Source of the DNA: a bacterium
GTDB lineage: Bacteria > RBG-13-61-14 > DATKZS01
Assembly (NCBI GenBank): GCA_963674965.2
Contig: CAXXFL010000002.1
Span: 1 to 64,000, forward strand
Direction: 5' to 3'
Length of the DNA stretch: 64,000 nt
Shown: positions 18,508-28,790 of the stretch, one piece after another
Position numbering within the stretch: position 1 is the first letter of the stretch
Layout: the number at the start of each line of letters is the position of its first letter
Notes under the pieces: generated by a model
What the model saw: only the letters and a program-made list of their open reading frames with translations
What the model was told of the DNA's origin: nothing
Database searches by the model: none
Program-made: the position numbers and the translations under genes

Positions 18508-18621
18508 TTATTCTCCCTTTCTCCTCGAAATCGATTTTAAAACAAGTTATGATACCATGTCCGGCCCCGAGCTTCGCCCTTGCCGGCTGCCCGCTAAAGG
18601 GAAATCAGGAGGAATGAAATA

Positions 18622-19851
18622 ATGGCCCGTAAAAATATTCGTTTTTTCGCGCGTCTTATCTTTTGCCTTATACTTCCGGCCCTGGCCGCGCCGCCCCTTT
18701 CCCTGGCGCAAGACGAAGCCGGGCGGCCGCTTCCGATCCGGATGACCCTCAAGTACAACGGCGTGCTCACCATCTCCGACATGCGTCCCTTCCCGTACGA
18801 CGGCCGGGAGGCAGAGTCCATCGGGACCGTCACCGACCTGGGCGGAGGCTTGGCCGAAATACGCTTCCCCGCCTCGAGCGCCGGCGCCCCTCCCCTCCTC
18901 ATGATGCCCGGCTTCAACGCCGTGCCCCTCAGGGTCGAGATAATGCCCCGCGACCTGGTTGGAACGGTCGACTTCAACACGGGCGAGGTCAAACTCAGCT
19001 TTGACGCGGCCTTCCAGCCCAACGTCTTGGGACTCAAGTCCTCGCCCCTGTCGGTGATCACGGAGCTGACCACGGGGACCTCGAGCGGAGACTTCCGGGA
19101 GGTCGAGGGAAGGCCCCTTGACGAAAAAGGCGACTGCCGCCTGGTTGGCGTGGCCGTTGTGCCCAAAACCAAGGACATGATGGTTAACTCTTTCCTGTCC
19201 CTTCCCACCGACGCGGTGACCGAGATGGAGGTTCACTTCGATTTCCCGGAGGGAAGGCCCGGCCAGGCCCCTCCCACTCCGGACAAGGCCTTCTTCGGCG
19301 TGGGCAAGAGGGGCCGGCTCACCATCGGCTCCATGCCGGCTTTCAAGTACGACGGCAAGGGCTCGGGCGGCGCGGGTTTGATCGAGGTGATGGATAACGG
19401 CGTCATGCGGGCGCGCTTCGGGGGTGAGGACCTCGTCATTCCTCCCCTCAGGCTCATGCCCGGATCGGGTTTCGCCCGGGTCGAGATCGAGACCAGGGAA
19501 CTGACCGGGACCATCGACCCGGAGACGGGAAGGATCGAGCTCGAGTTCGACGCGACCTTCGTTCCCAAGATGGGCAAGACCGCCATGACGCCCATATCCG
19601 TTGTCACGTCCCTTACCACTGAGACCTCGAGGGGCATGAAAAAGGAGCTTCAAGGGACCCGCATGAACGAGTACGGCGACGCCTTCCTGGTGGGAGTGGC
19701 CATAGTGCCCAAGACCGACGACCCGGGGGTGAACGCCCTCCTCGGCCTTCCCGCCGACGCGGCCTGCGAGTTGCCCGTGCATTTCGACTTCTTCGGCGGG
19801 AAAGAGCCGGACCTGGCCATGACGCTCGGACCGGAGGAAATCATTCGATAA
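18622..19851 (+). CDS. Secreted hypothetical protein with two tandem homologous domains
   Basis: Signal peptide; internal repeat GTVDFNTGEVKLSFDA../GTIDPETGRIELEFDA.., LVGVAVVPKT/LVGVAIVPKT. Confidence 0.8.
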   Translation: MARKNIRFFARLIFCLILPALAAPPLSLAQDEAGRPLPIRMTLKYNGVLTISDMRPFPYDGREAESIGTVTDLGGGLAEIRFPASSAGAPPLLMMPGFNAVPLRVEIMPRDLVGTVDFNTGEVKLSFDAAFQPNVLGLKSSPLSVITELTTGTSSGDFREVEGRPLDEKGDCRLVGVAVVPKTKDMMVNSFLSLPTDAVTEMEVHFDFPEGRPGQAPPTPDKAFFGVGKRGRLTIGSMPAFKYDGKGSGGAGLIEVMDNGVMRARFGGEDLVIPPLRLMPGSGFARVEIETRELTGTIDPETGRIELEFDATFVPKMGKTAMTPISVVTSLTTETSRGMKKELQGTRMNEYGDAFLVGVAIVPKTDDPGVNALLGLPADAACELPVHFDFFGGKEPDLAMTLGPEEIIR

Positions 19852-20090
19852 TAGCCAAACGGACCCGCCACGCCTAAAAAAATGGATTCGGAGGCCGGAG
19901 CACTGGCGCGAGTATAAACCCATTTTTTTTAAGGCGCTCATTGCGGATTAAACGTTTTATGCTAGCATTCATAAGATGAAAGCCCTGGCGTTTTCAGGAA
20001 GGCGGTCACGGTCTTGCTTCCCAGTACCAGGCGATCGTTCAGTGACCACTGAACGCGATTTTCATTTTTATCAGGTGGAGGTAATCTCAA

Positions 20091-21065
20091 ATGAAAAAGG
20101 CTTTGTTCTTTCTGGCGATGATATCCATTATCGGGGTATCCATGCTTGCCGCCGGCGGCGGTAAAAAAATCAAGTTGGGCGTCATCCAACTCCGGATCGA
20201 TCATCCTGACCACATTCTTCTGAGGAAAAGCTTCGTCGAGGAACTCGAGAAAAAAGGCTATGAGGTCGAGGCGACCGTCTTTAACGCCAACTCGGACAAG
20301 TATCCCGTGGAGTACTGCTCACGCGCCGCGGCCGAGGCCAGGAGAATGCAGGATGAGGGTTACGACCTCATCTACTGCACGGCCACTTACCACTGCATGA
20401 AGGACGAGAATCTTACGGTCCCGGTGATTGACGGCGTCTTTATATCGCCCATCATCCTCGGGTACGCCGAGGAAAGAGACGGCGCGAAATACTGTAAGGG
20501 CAACGCCACGGGAAGCATCTTCGGATACGCCTTCAAGGACGTCGTCGAAATGGCCAAAAAAATCAAACCCGACGCCAAGAAAATTGGATACGTCTATAAC
20601 CCCGCCTCTCCCATATCCAGGCCCATGGCGGAACTGGAGGAAGAGGCGAAAAAAGTCGGACTGCAAGTGATCGGGTATCCATTCGCGGATTCCAAGGAGG
20701 GACTCCAGGCGATTAGGAAAGCAGCCGATGAGGTGGACATTTCATTCGGCACCAACGACATGGCGGTGGTCGGCTTCGAGATGGAAGGGCTGAAACTGGC
20801 CGGAAGCACCAACCATCCCATGATCGTCGCCATCGTTCCCAACGTGCACCATGGGGCCATCGCCGCCATACAGTGGGACTGGGCGAGAGCGGGGGTCATG
20901 TGCGCGGAAAAAGCGGACAAGATAATGAACGGGACCCCGGCCAATTCCATCCCCATTACCTATCCCGACCAAGTCGAGATAGGAGTGAATCTCAAAGAAG
21001 CCAACAGGCTGGGGTTGAAAATACCCCAGGAACTGATCGATAAGGCCGTCTTAAAAGTGGAATAA
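20091..21065 (+). CDS. ABC transporter substrate-binding protein (ABC_sub_bind type)
   Basis: Signal peptide, NATG, PDAKKIGYVYNP, VNLKEANRLGLKIP. Confidence 0.85.
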   Translation: MKKALFFLAMISIIGVSMLAAGGGKKIKLGVIQLRIDHPDHILLRKSFVEELEKKGYEVEATVFNANSDKYPVEYCSRAAAEARRMQDEGYDLIYCTATYHCMKDENLTVPVIDGVFISPIILGYAEERDGAKYCKGNATGSIFGYAFKDVVEMAKKIKPDAKKIGYVYNPASPISRPMAELEEEAKKVGLQVIGYPFADSKEGLQAIRKAADEVDISFGTNDMAVVGFEMEGLKLAGSTNHPMIVAIVPNVHHGAIAAIQWDWARAGVMCAEKADKIMNGTPANSIPITYPDQVEIGVNLKEANRLGLKIPQELIDKAVLKVE

Positions 21066-21305
21066 ATCTTCGGCAATGGATGGCCCGCGAAGGGCGAGTT
21101 CCAGCCGGGAAGAAATTATTTGACCCTATTGCCGCGAGGGTGATAAATGGAATCAACCCTTTATCATCCTCGCGCCTTATTTCCCAACTAAAAATATTCA
21201 TACAAGGACCGCGGGCGTTCCTCCTGGACTCTGAAAACGGCGGACGGCTTTATCCCGACGGCGCGCTTCATGTATAATTGACGCGAAAAAAACAGCCGGG
21301 AGGAT

Positions 21306-22928
21306 ATGATGGACAGAAGAAAATTCATGGCCGCGGCGGGCGCGGTTATACTCGGCCGTACGGGCAAAACCGTTGGAGGCACGGACGCTCTTTCGGCCTT
21401 TGTCACCGTGGACCCCGAGCCGCTGCACCGGCTTCCCCACACCCAGTACGGACATTTCCTCGAGCACCTCGGCAAATGCATCAAGGGAGGAGTCTGGGCG
21501 GAGGGAGAGTCGGACGACATGTTCCTGGGCGGGGTGCGCTGGGAGCTGGTCGAGGCCATGCGCTCCCTCAAGCCCCCCTGCATCAGGTACCCCGGCGGCT
21601 GTTTCGCGGACGGCTATCACTGGCGCGACGGGGTGGGCCCGAGGGACTCGAGGCCCATAAGAAAGAACCGGGCCTGGGCCAGGCAGGGACAGGCGGTCGG
21701 GCCCATGGATGACAACCGTTTCGGGACCGACGAGTTCATGGCCCTTTGCGAAGAGGTGGGCGCCGACCCCATGCTTACGGTCAACGTGGGGTCGGGCACG
21801 GCCGAGGAAGCCGCGCGGTGGGTCGAGTACTGCAACGGACCGGCCAAATCGGGTCCGGGCGCCGAGCGGGCCAGGAACGGCCATCCCGAGCCTTACAACG
21901 TGAAGTACTGGTTCGTGGGCAACGAGATATTCAGCCCCGGCGAGATCGGCTCGCAAAGACCCAGGCAATACGTCGAGACCTTCAATACCTTCGCCAGGGC
22001 CATGCGGGCCGCGGACCCGGACGTAAAACTCATAGCGGTGGGGAATTTCATCCCCGAAATTTTGGGCCTCGAAAACGCCGGCATGAGCGCCAACAAAACG
22101 GTACTGGAGGGGGCCGGGGCCGAGGCCGACTACCTGTCCATCCACCAGTACGTGCCGCAGTGGGGCCTCGAGAACCTGATGAGGTTCGGCCTGGGCGACA
22201 AGAAGACCTCGGGTAGCGAGGATATCTACTACGAGGTGATCTCAATGGTCCAGAGGATGCAATACGTGCTCGAGCGGAGCGTCCGGGACGTGAAGACCTA
22301 TTCGCCCGCCGGCAAGCTCGTGCCCGTCGCCTTTGACGAGTGGAACCTGTGGTTCGACAGCCGCGCCGACCTCATCCAGGCCAACTATAACCTGCGCGAC
22401 GGACTCTGGACCGCCACCATGCTGAACCTCCTCCACCGCCTGGCCCCTTACGTGCCCATCGCCAACTACGCCCAGATGGTCAACTGCCTGGGCATGATCT
22501 GGTCGGACAAGGACGCCACTTTCCTTACCGCCTCCGGCCAGGCCTTCAAGCTCTACTCGAACCACGCCGGCGAGGAGTTTCTCGGCTCGACCGTCCAGAG
22601 CCCGCCCATCCCCCATAAAAGCTCCCTCCCCGCCCTGGACTTCTCAGCCACCAGGTCCGGCTCCCGACTGGCCCTCTTCCTCGTCAACCGCCACTACGAC
22701 TCGGAGCTGGAGGTCTCCTGCCTGCTGCGCCAAAACCGATCAAGCCGCCTCTTTGCCTGGGAGATGCACCACCACGACCCCGCCCGCTACAACACCGTCC
22801 AGGCACCCGCCGAGGTCACCATCAAGGAAAAGAGAGAAGGAGTCGCCATGGAAAATATCAACGGAGGTACCCGCCTCACCGTCCTCATGAAGCCGCACTC
22901 GCTCGCGTGCGTCGAGCTGGAGGAGTAA
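21306..22928 (+). CDS. abfA: GH51 alpha-L-arabinofuranosidase, Tat signal
   Basis: DRRKF Tat motif; YGHFLEHLG, RYPGGCF, FGTDEF, VGNE, FDEWN, AQMVN. Confidence 0.9.
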   Translation: MMDRRKFMAAAGAVILGRTGKTVGGTDALSAFVTVDPEPLHRLPHTQYGHFLEHLGKCIKGGVWAEGESDDMFLGGVRWELVEAMRSLKPPCIRYPGGCFADGYHWRDGVGPRDSRPIRKNRAWARQGQAVGPMDDNRFGTDEFMALCEEVGADPMLTVNVGSGTAEEAARWVEYCNGPAKSGPGAERARNGHPEPYNVKYWFVGNEIFSPGEIGSQRPRQYVETFNTFARAMRAADPDVKLIAVGNFIPEILGLENAGMSANKTVLEGAGAEADYLSIHQYVPQWGLENLMRFGLGDKKTSGSEDIYYEVISMVQRMQYVLERSVRDVKTYSPAGKLVPVAFDEWNLWFDSRADLIQANYNLRDGLWTATMLNLLHRLAPYVPIANYAQMVNCLGMIWSDKDATFLTASGQAFKLYSNHAGEEFLGSTVQSPPIPHKSSLPALDFSATRSGSRLALFLVNRHYDSELEVSCLLRQNRSSRLFAWEMHHHDPARYNTVQAPAEVTIKEKREGVAMENINGGTRLTVLMKPHSLACVELEE

Positions 22929-23128
22929 AAATAACGTGGACCCAAAACGGGTGACCACGGGTGACCCGCCCGGTTTCGAAGAAACCGCTCGTGTCTTGCC
23001 AAGCGGGATGAGCAGGTAGTTTCCACCGCGGCATAGCTCATTGTTTCACCGGAAGGTTACCACGAATTCTTCGACGCGTCCGGTAATGAGGGCTGTCAAT
23101 CCTGGAGCGTAGCGTTTTATAGTGCCGG

Positions 23129-24223
23129 TTACGGAAGAGTATTTGGTTGAGGGTCTTCACGTTCTCGAAGGCGGTATGGGCGAGAGTAAGAGCTTTTTTC
23201 GAGCCGCAAGGTTCGGTAGAATTTTAAGCCATGCGCCTCTTCATCCGGAAATTTTGCCGCGTAAAGGATTATAGGACCGCCTCGCGAACCGGCCGAGAGC
23301 CGCTCGAAAAGAGAGGTAACGGCGTCCTTTCTCTCCTTGTTCATCTCGTATTCCGTAAACATGTCGAAAAGCGCGCCGCCCGTGTATTTAGACGCCTCGA
23401 AGCCGTGTTTGAACTTGAAGTCCTTGCCCGAGTAGCGATGGAAAAACACCAGGTGCTCCCCATTGATCTTCCTGATAAAAAAGGCCCGCTTTCCCCGCTC
23501 CCACTCCTTTAGCCCGCTCGCGGGAGTAACGTCCATGCTGACGTCGTCGGGAGTGCCGGCTTTGCCATCGGCGCCTTTGCTGGTAATCGTATAAGCGGGC
23601 TTTTTCTTGTCGCCGGACTTTTTAAAATCGAAGGCCCTGCCCCATCCGTCCAGGTGGTAATTGGCGATGGCGTGGGCCTGGCCTTTGGTGAGTTTGTTGG
23701 TGGGAAGGCCCACCTCATCTTTGACGTCCGCCAAGCTCGTTATCTCGCTCCGGGTATTGTAAACGGCGTCGGATATTATTCCGTGCAGAATAGCCCGGGT
23801 GGCGTCCTCGGGGCGCGCGTACTTTACGGGATCGGCGCTCACGGCGCGCGCCTTGTATCCACATATTGCCCCGAGAGCCAAAACGCCCGCCAGGATAAAG
23901 GGCAAAGCCAAGGAGGCCATTACGGCCGAGACGATCGGGCCGCCCTCCTTTTGCCTTGCTCGATAACGATAGAGCGCCAAGAGGGTCACTGTGAAGACCA
24001 TGACCCAAACCATTTGGGGATGTGAACCGGCCGCGGACATGAGGCCGGCCCCCACCCCCTCTATACCGGTGGCCGCCTGGTTTCCTCCTTCCAGGGTGAG
24101 GGCCCCGGTCACGTCGAGCTTAACCGAGGCGCCGGACATGACCTCGGGGTCCATAAAGGAAACGTCCTGGTAGCGGGGAGCGTAGTCGAAAAAATCGAAC
24201 ATGGTCGCGGCTAATATTTTCAT
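23129..24223 (-). CDS. Membrane protein with GspG-like pseudopilin C-domain motif
   Basis: Two TM segments; DGWGRAF..YTITSKGADGKAGTPDDV. Confidence 0.55.
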   Translation of the reverse strand: MKILAATMFDFFDYAPRYQDVSFMDPEVMSGASVKLDVTGALTLEGGNQAATGIEGVGAGLMSAAGSHPQMVWVMVFTVTLLALYRYRARQKEGGPIVSAVMASLALPFILAGVLALGAICGYKARAVSADPVKYARPEDATRAILHGIISDAVYNTRSEITSLADVKDEVGLPTNKLTKGQAHAIANYHLDGWGRAFDFKKSGDKKKPAYTITSKGADGKAGTPDDVSMDVTPASGLKEWERGKRAFFIRKINGEHLVFFHRYSGKDFKFKHGFEASKYTGGALFDMFTEYEMNKERKDAVTSLFERLSAGSRGGPIILYAAKFPDEEAHGLKFYRTLRLEKSSYSRPYRLREREDPQPNTLP

Positions 24224-24461
24224 TGCACCGTCCTCACTCAGGCTGATAATCCCGCTCCAATGAGCGCCTTTTACCAAGTGACCTTACGACGAATTATACC
24301 ATAACTATCATCGCGTGGGACAACAATATTTGGGGCAAGCCTGAGAAGACCATCCAATATTTTCGTCATACTCTTTCATACTCCTGGTGTAATGAGGTAT
24401 ATTATTCCTAACGCTTCGCCACCTTATTTTGCAAAGCCGAATATCGGGGAGAGGTATCGAC

Positions 24462-25562
24462 ATGAGCGAAAAAACCAAACCAAGGGCCCGCGTCGAGGAC
24501 GACGGCGAGCGGCTCGCGATAACGGTGAGACCCAAAAAATTTGGCATGCTCCCTTTCATCGAGGTCCTGAGTCTTGGAAGTATTGCCTGCATTGCTCCAT
24601 CGTTCATGTTAATTTTGATGAGGAATTTTGCCGTTAACTTTTACGTGGCCCTGACGCTGATCTTCTTTTGCGCGATAAGCTTTTCGTCACTGGCAATTTT
24701 GGCGCGTCTATTTTCAAGGAAGCAGACGATAACGGCAACGCCGGCGGGAATAACCATCCTCAATCGCTCCTTGTTCTATAGTAAGACGACGGTCTGCCCC
24801 AGGGAGAAGATATCCTATCTGGCGCTTAGCCCTCATGAGATAGTGCCTTTTCCCGTTTTCACTGGCCCCTTATGGCTTTGCCTCGAGGACGGCAAAGTGG
24901 TCAGATTCGGCCTGGACCTCGCGTTGAAGGAAGCTGCCGATCTGGCCGGCGCCATTAGTGAAAGGACCGGAATCATCGGCCATCGGGGACCGTCCAAGGT
25001 GAAGGACCCTGGTAAGCCTTATTTTTTACGCGGCGAACAAAAGGTGGAAGTTGATGACGACGGCGAAAAGGCGGTAATTACCATTACTCAAAAGCCTCGA
25101 ATCAAGGACCTGATCCTGCCCTTTATCTTTCTATTAGTGTTTCTCTTTTGGACCGGCCTCCTGTTGGCTATCTCCATTTCCCTGGCGCTGAGAGGAATCG
25201 TCATGGGTATCGTCTTTGTGTTGCCGCTTATGCTCATGTGCCTTTGGGCGGTAAATTATTACCTCAAGCATTTTCTTTTCCTGCTGGCCGGCAGGGAGGT
25301 GATCGCCGCGACTCCCGGCCGGGTGACGAAAAGGACGGACGTCTTTGGAATACGCGGAAAAACCAGGACCTTCGAGGTAGAGGACATGCAAATCTTTTCC
25401 CTGACCTGGTATCGGATGTACAACCGGGGAAGTATCTGGTTCAAGACAGGGCGCAAGATACATTGGCTGGCCCAGGAGTCTTCCCTTGTTGACGCTTACG
25501 TCATGGCCGGTTTAATCAAGGAGCGCTCGGGAATCGGCGATGACCTATCCCTGGGCCTTTAG
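24462..25562 (+). CDS. Membrane protein with a duplicated 2TM+beta module
   Basis: VEDDGERLAITV/VDDDGEKAVITI and ITATPAGI/IAATPGRV repeats. Confidence 0.7.
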   Translation: MSEKTKPRARVEDDGERLAITVRPKKFGMLPFIEVLSLGSIACIAPSFMLILMRNFAVNFYVALTLIFFCAISFSSLAILARLFSRKQTITATPAGITILNRSLFYSKTTVCPREKISYLALSPHEIVPFPVFTGPLWLCLEDGKVVRFGLDLALKEAADLAGAISERTGIIGHRGPSKVKDPGKPYFLRGEQKVEVDDDGEKAVITITQKPRIKDLILPFIFLLVFLFWTGLLLAISISLALRGIVMGIVFVLPLMLMCLWAVNYYLKHFLFLLAGREVIAATPGRVTKRTDVFGIRGKTRTFEVEDMQIFSLTWYRMYNRGSIWFKTGRKIHWLAQESSLVDAYVMAGLIKERSGIGDDLSLGL

Positions 25563-25594
25563 AAATTCCCCGAAACGACTTGGTCCCTTCCAAT

Positions 25595-27133
25595 CTACCA
25601 GAACACTATGTAGAGCGTCACGGTGGCCACGATGGTGGCGGCCCCCCACCAGAGGGCGATGGGGCTGGGGGTGAGGTCGATGTTGTTGTTGGCCGGCAGC
25701 TCGGCGGGTTTTTCCATGGGCTGGATAAGGGTAATCACGCCCATGATGATCCACAGGATTAGCACCGTCACCGCCATGGAGTTGAGAAAGGATATTTTGA
25801 GTATTTCAAAATGGTTTAAAAGAAGGAACATCCCATAGATGGGACCGGTAAGCACCAGGGCCACCACGGACGAAAGGGGCGGGGCCTTTTTGATCACCAG
25901 CCCGAAAATAAACACCGCCACTATGCCGGGCGAGACAAAGCCCCAGAACATCTGGATGTACTTGAACACTCCCTCGAAGGACTCGAGGAAAGGGGCCCAG
26001 AGGCAGCCCATAACCACGAAGACCGCCGTGGCCACCCGGCCCATGAAAACCAGCTTCCTGGGCTCGGCCTCGGGCTTTAAAATCCTCTTGTAAATGTCGA
26101 TGGTGAAAATGGTGGCCGCCGAGTTGAGCATCGAGTCCAGGGAGCTCATGACCGCCCCGAACAGGGCCGCGAACATGACTCCGCGAAGGCCGGCGGGCAG
26201 GATCTTCTTGATCATGTAAGGATAGGCCTCGTCGTTGCTCGGTATCTCGGAGCCGTATAGCTGCCAGGCCATAATGCCGGGGAACACGATGATGAAGGGA
26301 ATTATCAGCTTGATGCCGGCCGCGAGGAGGATGCCTTTTTGTCCTTCTTTCAGGCTTTTGGCGCCCAGGGTCCTCTGGCAGATGAACTGGTTGAGGCCCC
26401 AGTAGAAAAGGTTTGGTATCCATATGCCCGCGATCATAATGGTCCAGGGCATCTCGGGGTTGTCGGCCGGGAGGATGGTATGGAGCTTGTCCTGGTTGGC
26501 CGCGAGGAATGGGCCTATGCCTCCCACCGCCCTGAGGCCGAGAATGGTAACCAAAAGCCCTCCCAGCAAAAGGGCCGCGCCCTGAATGAGGTCCGACCAT
26601 ACCACGGCCTTGAGGCCCCCGTAAATGGTGTATACGCCGGCCAGGATGCCGATAAGCCACACGCCGTGAAATATCCCGACGCCAAATATCTGCTTAAGGG
26701 CGAGAGCGCCGGAGAAAAGCACTGTAGCCACGGCCACGAAGATGAAGGCGACCATCATGTAAAAGGCCATGATGGCCCGGGCCGTCGAGTTATACCTGTA
26801 CTCGAGGAACTCGGGGATGGTATAAATCCCGGCTTTCAGGAACATGGGAAGCAGAACGAGGGCGACGAAAACCAGCGTGATGGCCGCTATCCATTCGTAG
26901 CTGGCAATGGCAAGGCCAAGCTCGCCGTAGCCCTGACCCGCCATGCCCACGAAATGCTCGGTCGAGATGTTGGACGCGATAAGGGAGAAGCCGATCAGCC
27001 AGAAGGGAAGTCCCCTTCCCGCCAGGAAGTAATCCTCCGTGCTTTCCTGCTTGCGCGAGGCGTAAAGGGAGACGCCTATAACCCCAGCGATAAAAAGAAC
27101 GAACGCCACGTAATCGAATAAATGGAATTCCAT
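25595..27133 (-). CDS. Sodium:solute symporter (SSS), probably for sugars
   Basis: DYFLAGR, IASNISTEHFVGMAG, YGGLKAVVWSD, MSSLDSMLNSAATIFTID. Confidence 0.93.
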   Translation of the reverse strand: MEFHLFDYVAFVLFIAGVIGVSLYASRKQESTEDYFLAGRGLPFWLIGFSLIASNISTEHFVGMAGQGYGELGLAIASYEWIAAITLVFVALVLLPMFLKAGIYTIPEFLEYRYNSTARAIMAFYMMVAFIFVAVATVLFSGALALKQIFGVGIFHGVWLIGILAGVYTIYGGLKAVVWSDLIQGAALLLGGLLVTILGLRAVGGIGPFLAANQDKLHTILPADNPEMPWTIMIAGIWIPNLFYWGLNQFICQRTLGAKSLKEGQKGILLAAGIKLIIPFIIVFPGIMAWQLYGSEIPSNDEAYPYMIKKILPAGLRGVMFAALFGAVMSSLDSMLNSAATIFTIDIYKRILKPEAEPRKLVFMGRVATAVFVVMGCLWAPFLESFEGVFKYIQMFWGFVSPGIVAVFIFGLVIKKAPPLSSVVALVLTGPIYGMFLLLNHFEILKISFLNSMAVTVLILWIIMGVITLIQPMEKPAELPANNNIDLTPSPIALWWGAATIVATVTLYIVFW

Positions 27134-27252
27134 CTGCCCCTCCTTGGTGGAGGCTATTTTATAATAATCGCGCTCCTCTAACAAATCCTCGCGATTATAC
27201 CCAAAGCTCCTTTGCCTTCCCGCTTATCAGCTAACTCTCTGAAATAATTATA

Positions 27253-28600
27253 GGCTCCTCACGCAAATCTGTGGGTGGATTCCGGCATGGGCATTTGACC
27301 CAGGCAATGTAATTGTATCAGGGTGAACCATTTTTCGCTCCTGTAACCTCTGGCTCGGTGACTGATGGCCTTGGCGTTGTTGTTCATTGCCTCCACCGCC
27401 CCATTATCGATCGGAACGTTGAACCAATTAAGGACGTCTTCCTCATGACGGCGAAGAAGCCAGGCAAAATCACGCATCGGTTCCAGGCGAGAGTGGGTCG
27501 CCCACCAGAACCACTTGTTCAAATAACGCTTGGCCCAACCCTTGCTCTGATAGGACCACAATTCACGGAAGCTCTCCTTGAGAAGGTAAGCGCGGTTGAT
27601 CTTAAGGTTCATGCTCTCCAGGTAACCAAGCCGCTGTTTCTGTTTGGGCGTCAGGTTCCAGGGGTTTTTGAGCCAGATGTATTTCGTGCCCTTCAAAAGC
27701 TCCGGGTCCTTTTCCTTGAGCTTCTCGGCTTCCTTTTTTCTCACCTTGTCCACGGCGTCGTTCAAGTGGCGGACAAGGTGGAATTTGTCAAAAACAAGGA
27801 CCGCCTTGGGCGCCTTCTCCTTGATGACGTCCACGTAAGGCGCCCACATGTCGCAACAGACGCCCTGGATGGCGGCAACCCCCTCCTCGCCAAGTTCATC
27901 GAAAAAACGTTCCAGGGTCTCTTTCTTGCGCCCCTCTCCGGACCACAAAAGACGCCGCCTCTTGCCGATCTCGTAAACCTGGGCGTGATAGACGTGGCCT
28001 TTTTTGCGAGAGACCTCGTCGATCCCGATGTAAAGCACGCCGGAAACGTCGCGGTGTTCGAGGCCGTAAGCCACCGCGTGCTTGACCGCCGCCCCCACCG
28101 TGGACCAACTCAAGCCGAAAAGGTCGGCCACGACGCCGACGGCCAGGAGCCTGGCCCAGGCGGCGAGCACGATGATCAGCGGCAGGGAGAGCCGACTTTT
28201 GCCCATTCCCCACGGGACCTGCTCGACCTTGACGCCGCAATTTGGGCAGTTCACCCGGCGCGGGCTGTAAACGATGGTCACGGGGATGCCCCACAACGGA
28301 ACATGACGCCAGGTCCTCTCGGCAAGCGTGTCGTAAACCCAAGATCGAGAGCCGCAACAAGAGCAGGTGAGCTTCCGAAGCTTCTTGCGATCCATAAGAA
28401 CCGTAAGCCCCGCCGCGTCTCCGCTGACGCTCTTAACCTTGTGATCCTTGACGCCAAGCGTTTCTCGTACAAGACTCTCTACAAGCACGGTCGACTCCTT
28501 CAGGCTTCAGGATTGTTTTCGCATAACCCTATTAGCCTGAAACGACTGTGCTTTTCAACTAAACTATGTCAAAGAACACCCACAGATTCTTGGGAAGACC
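27253..28600 (-). mobile_element. ISL3-family element 1
   Basis: GG-starting imperfect IRs sharing AATCTGTGGGTG; no target duplication seen. Confidence 0.88.
27259..28488 (-). CDS. ISL3 transposase
   Basis: Zn-finger CSCCG/CPNCG, IGIDE, CCDMW, FDKFH, EAMNNNAK. Confidence 0.93.
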   Translation of the reverse strand: MLVESLVRETLGVKDHKVKSVSGDAAGLTVLMDRKKLRKLTCSCCGSRSWVYDTLAERTWRHVPLWGIPVTIVYSPRRVNCPNCGVKVEQVPWGMGKSRLSLPLIIVLAAWARLLAVGVVADLFGLSWSTVGAAVKHAVAYGLEHRDVSGVLYIGIDEVSRKKGHVYHAQVYEIGKRRRLLWSGEGRKKETLERFFDELGEEGVAAIQGVCCDMWAPYVDVIKEKAPKAVLVFDKFHLVRHLNDAVDKVRKKEAEKLKEKDPELLKGTKYIWLKNPWNLTPKQKQRLGYLESMNLKINRAYLLKESFRELWSYQSKGWAKRYLNKWFWWATHSRLEPMRDFAWLLRRHEEDVLNWFNVPIDNGAVEAMNNNAKAISHRARGYRSEKWFTLIQLHCLGQMPMPESTHRFA

Positions 28601-28790
28601 CCCTTCAGTTATATCATCACGTATTCCATCTAAAGCTTTCACGGCAATCCATCCAGCAAATTCATATTGTTGATCTTCAGCAATATAAATCTGATAATCG
28701 ACACATCCACCACTCCCACAATGAGCAGTAGCAACGTTAACTATATAGTTCATTTTTTGGTCGGAATTTAAATCGATTTTGTAAGATGTA

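Noticed and set aside
18547-19941. 464-aa minus-strand ORF (also 53897-55285 and 9029-10285)
   Set aside because: Antisense shadows of well-supported plus-strand genes
19960-20085. Riboswitch upstream of the ABC binding protein
   Set aside because: One perfect hairpin (CGTTCAGTG-AC-CACTGAACG) but no aptamer consensus I can recognise
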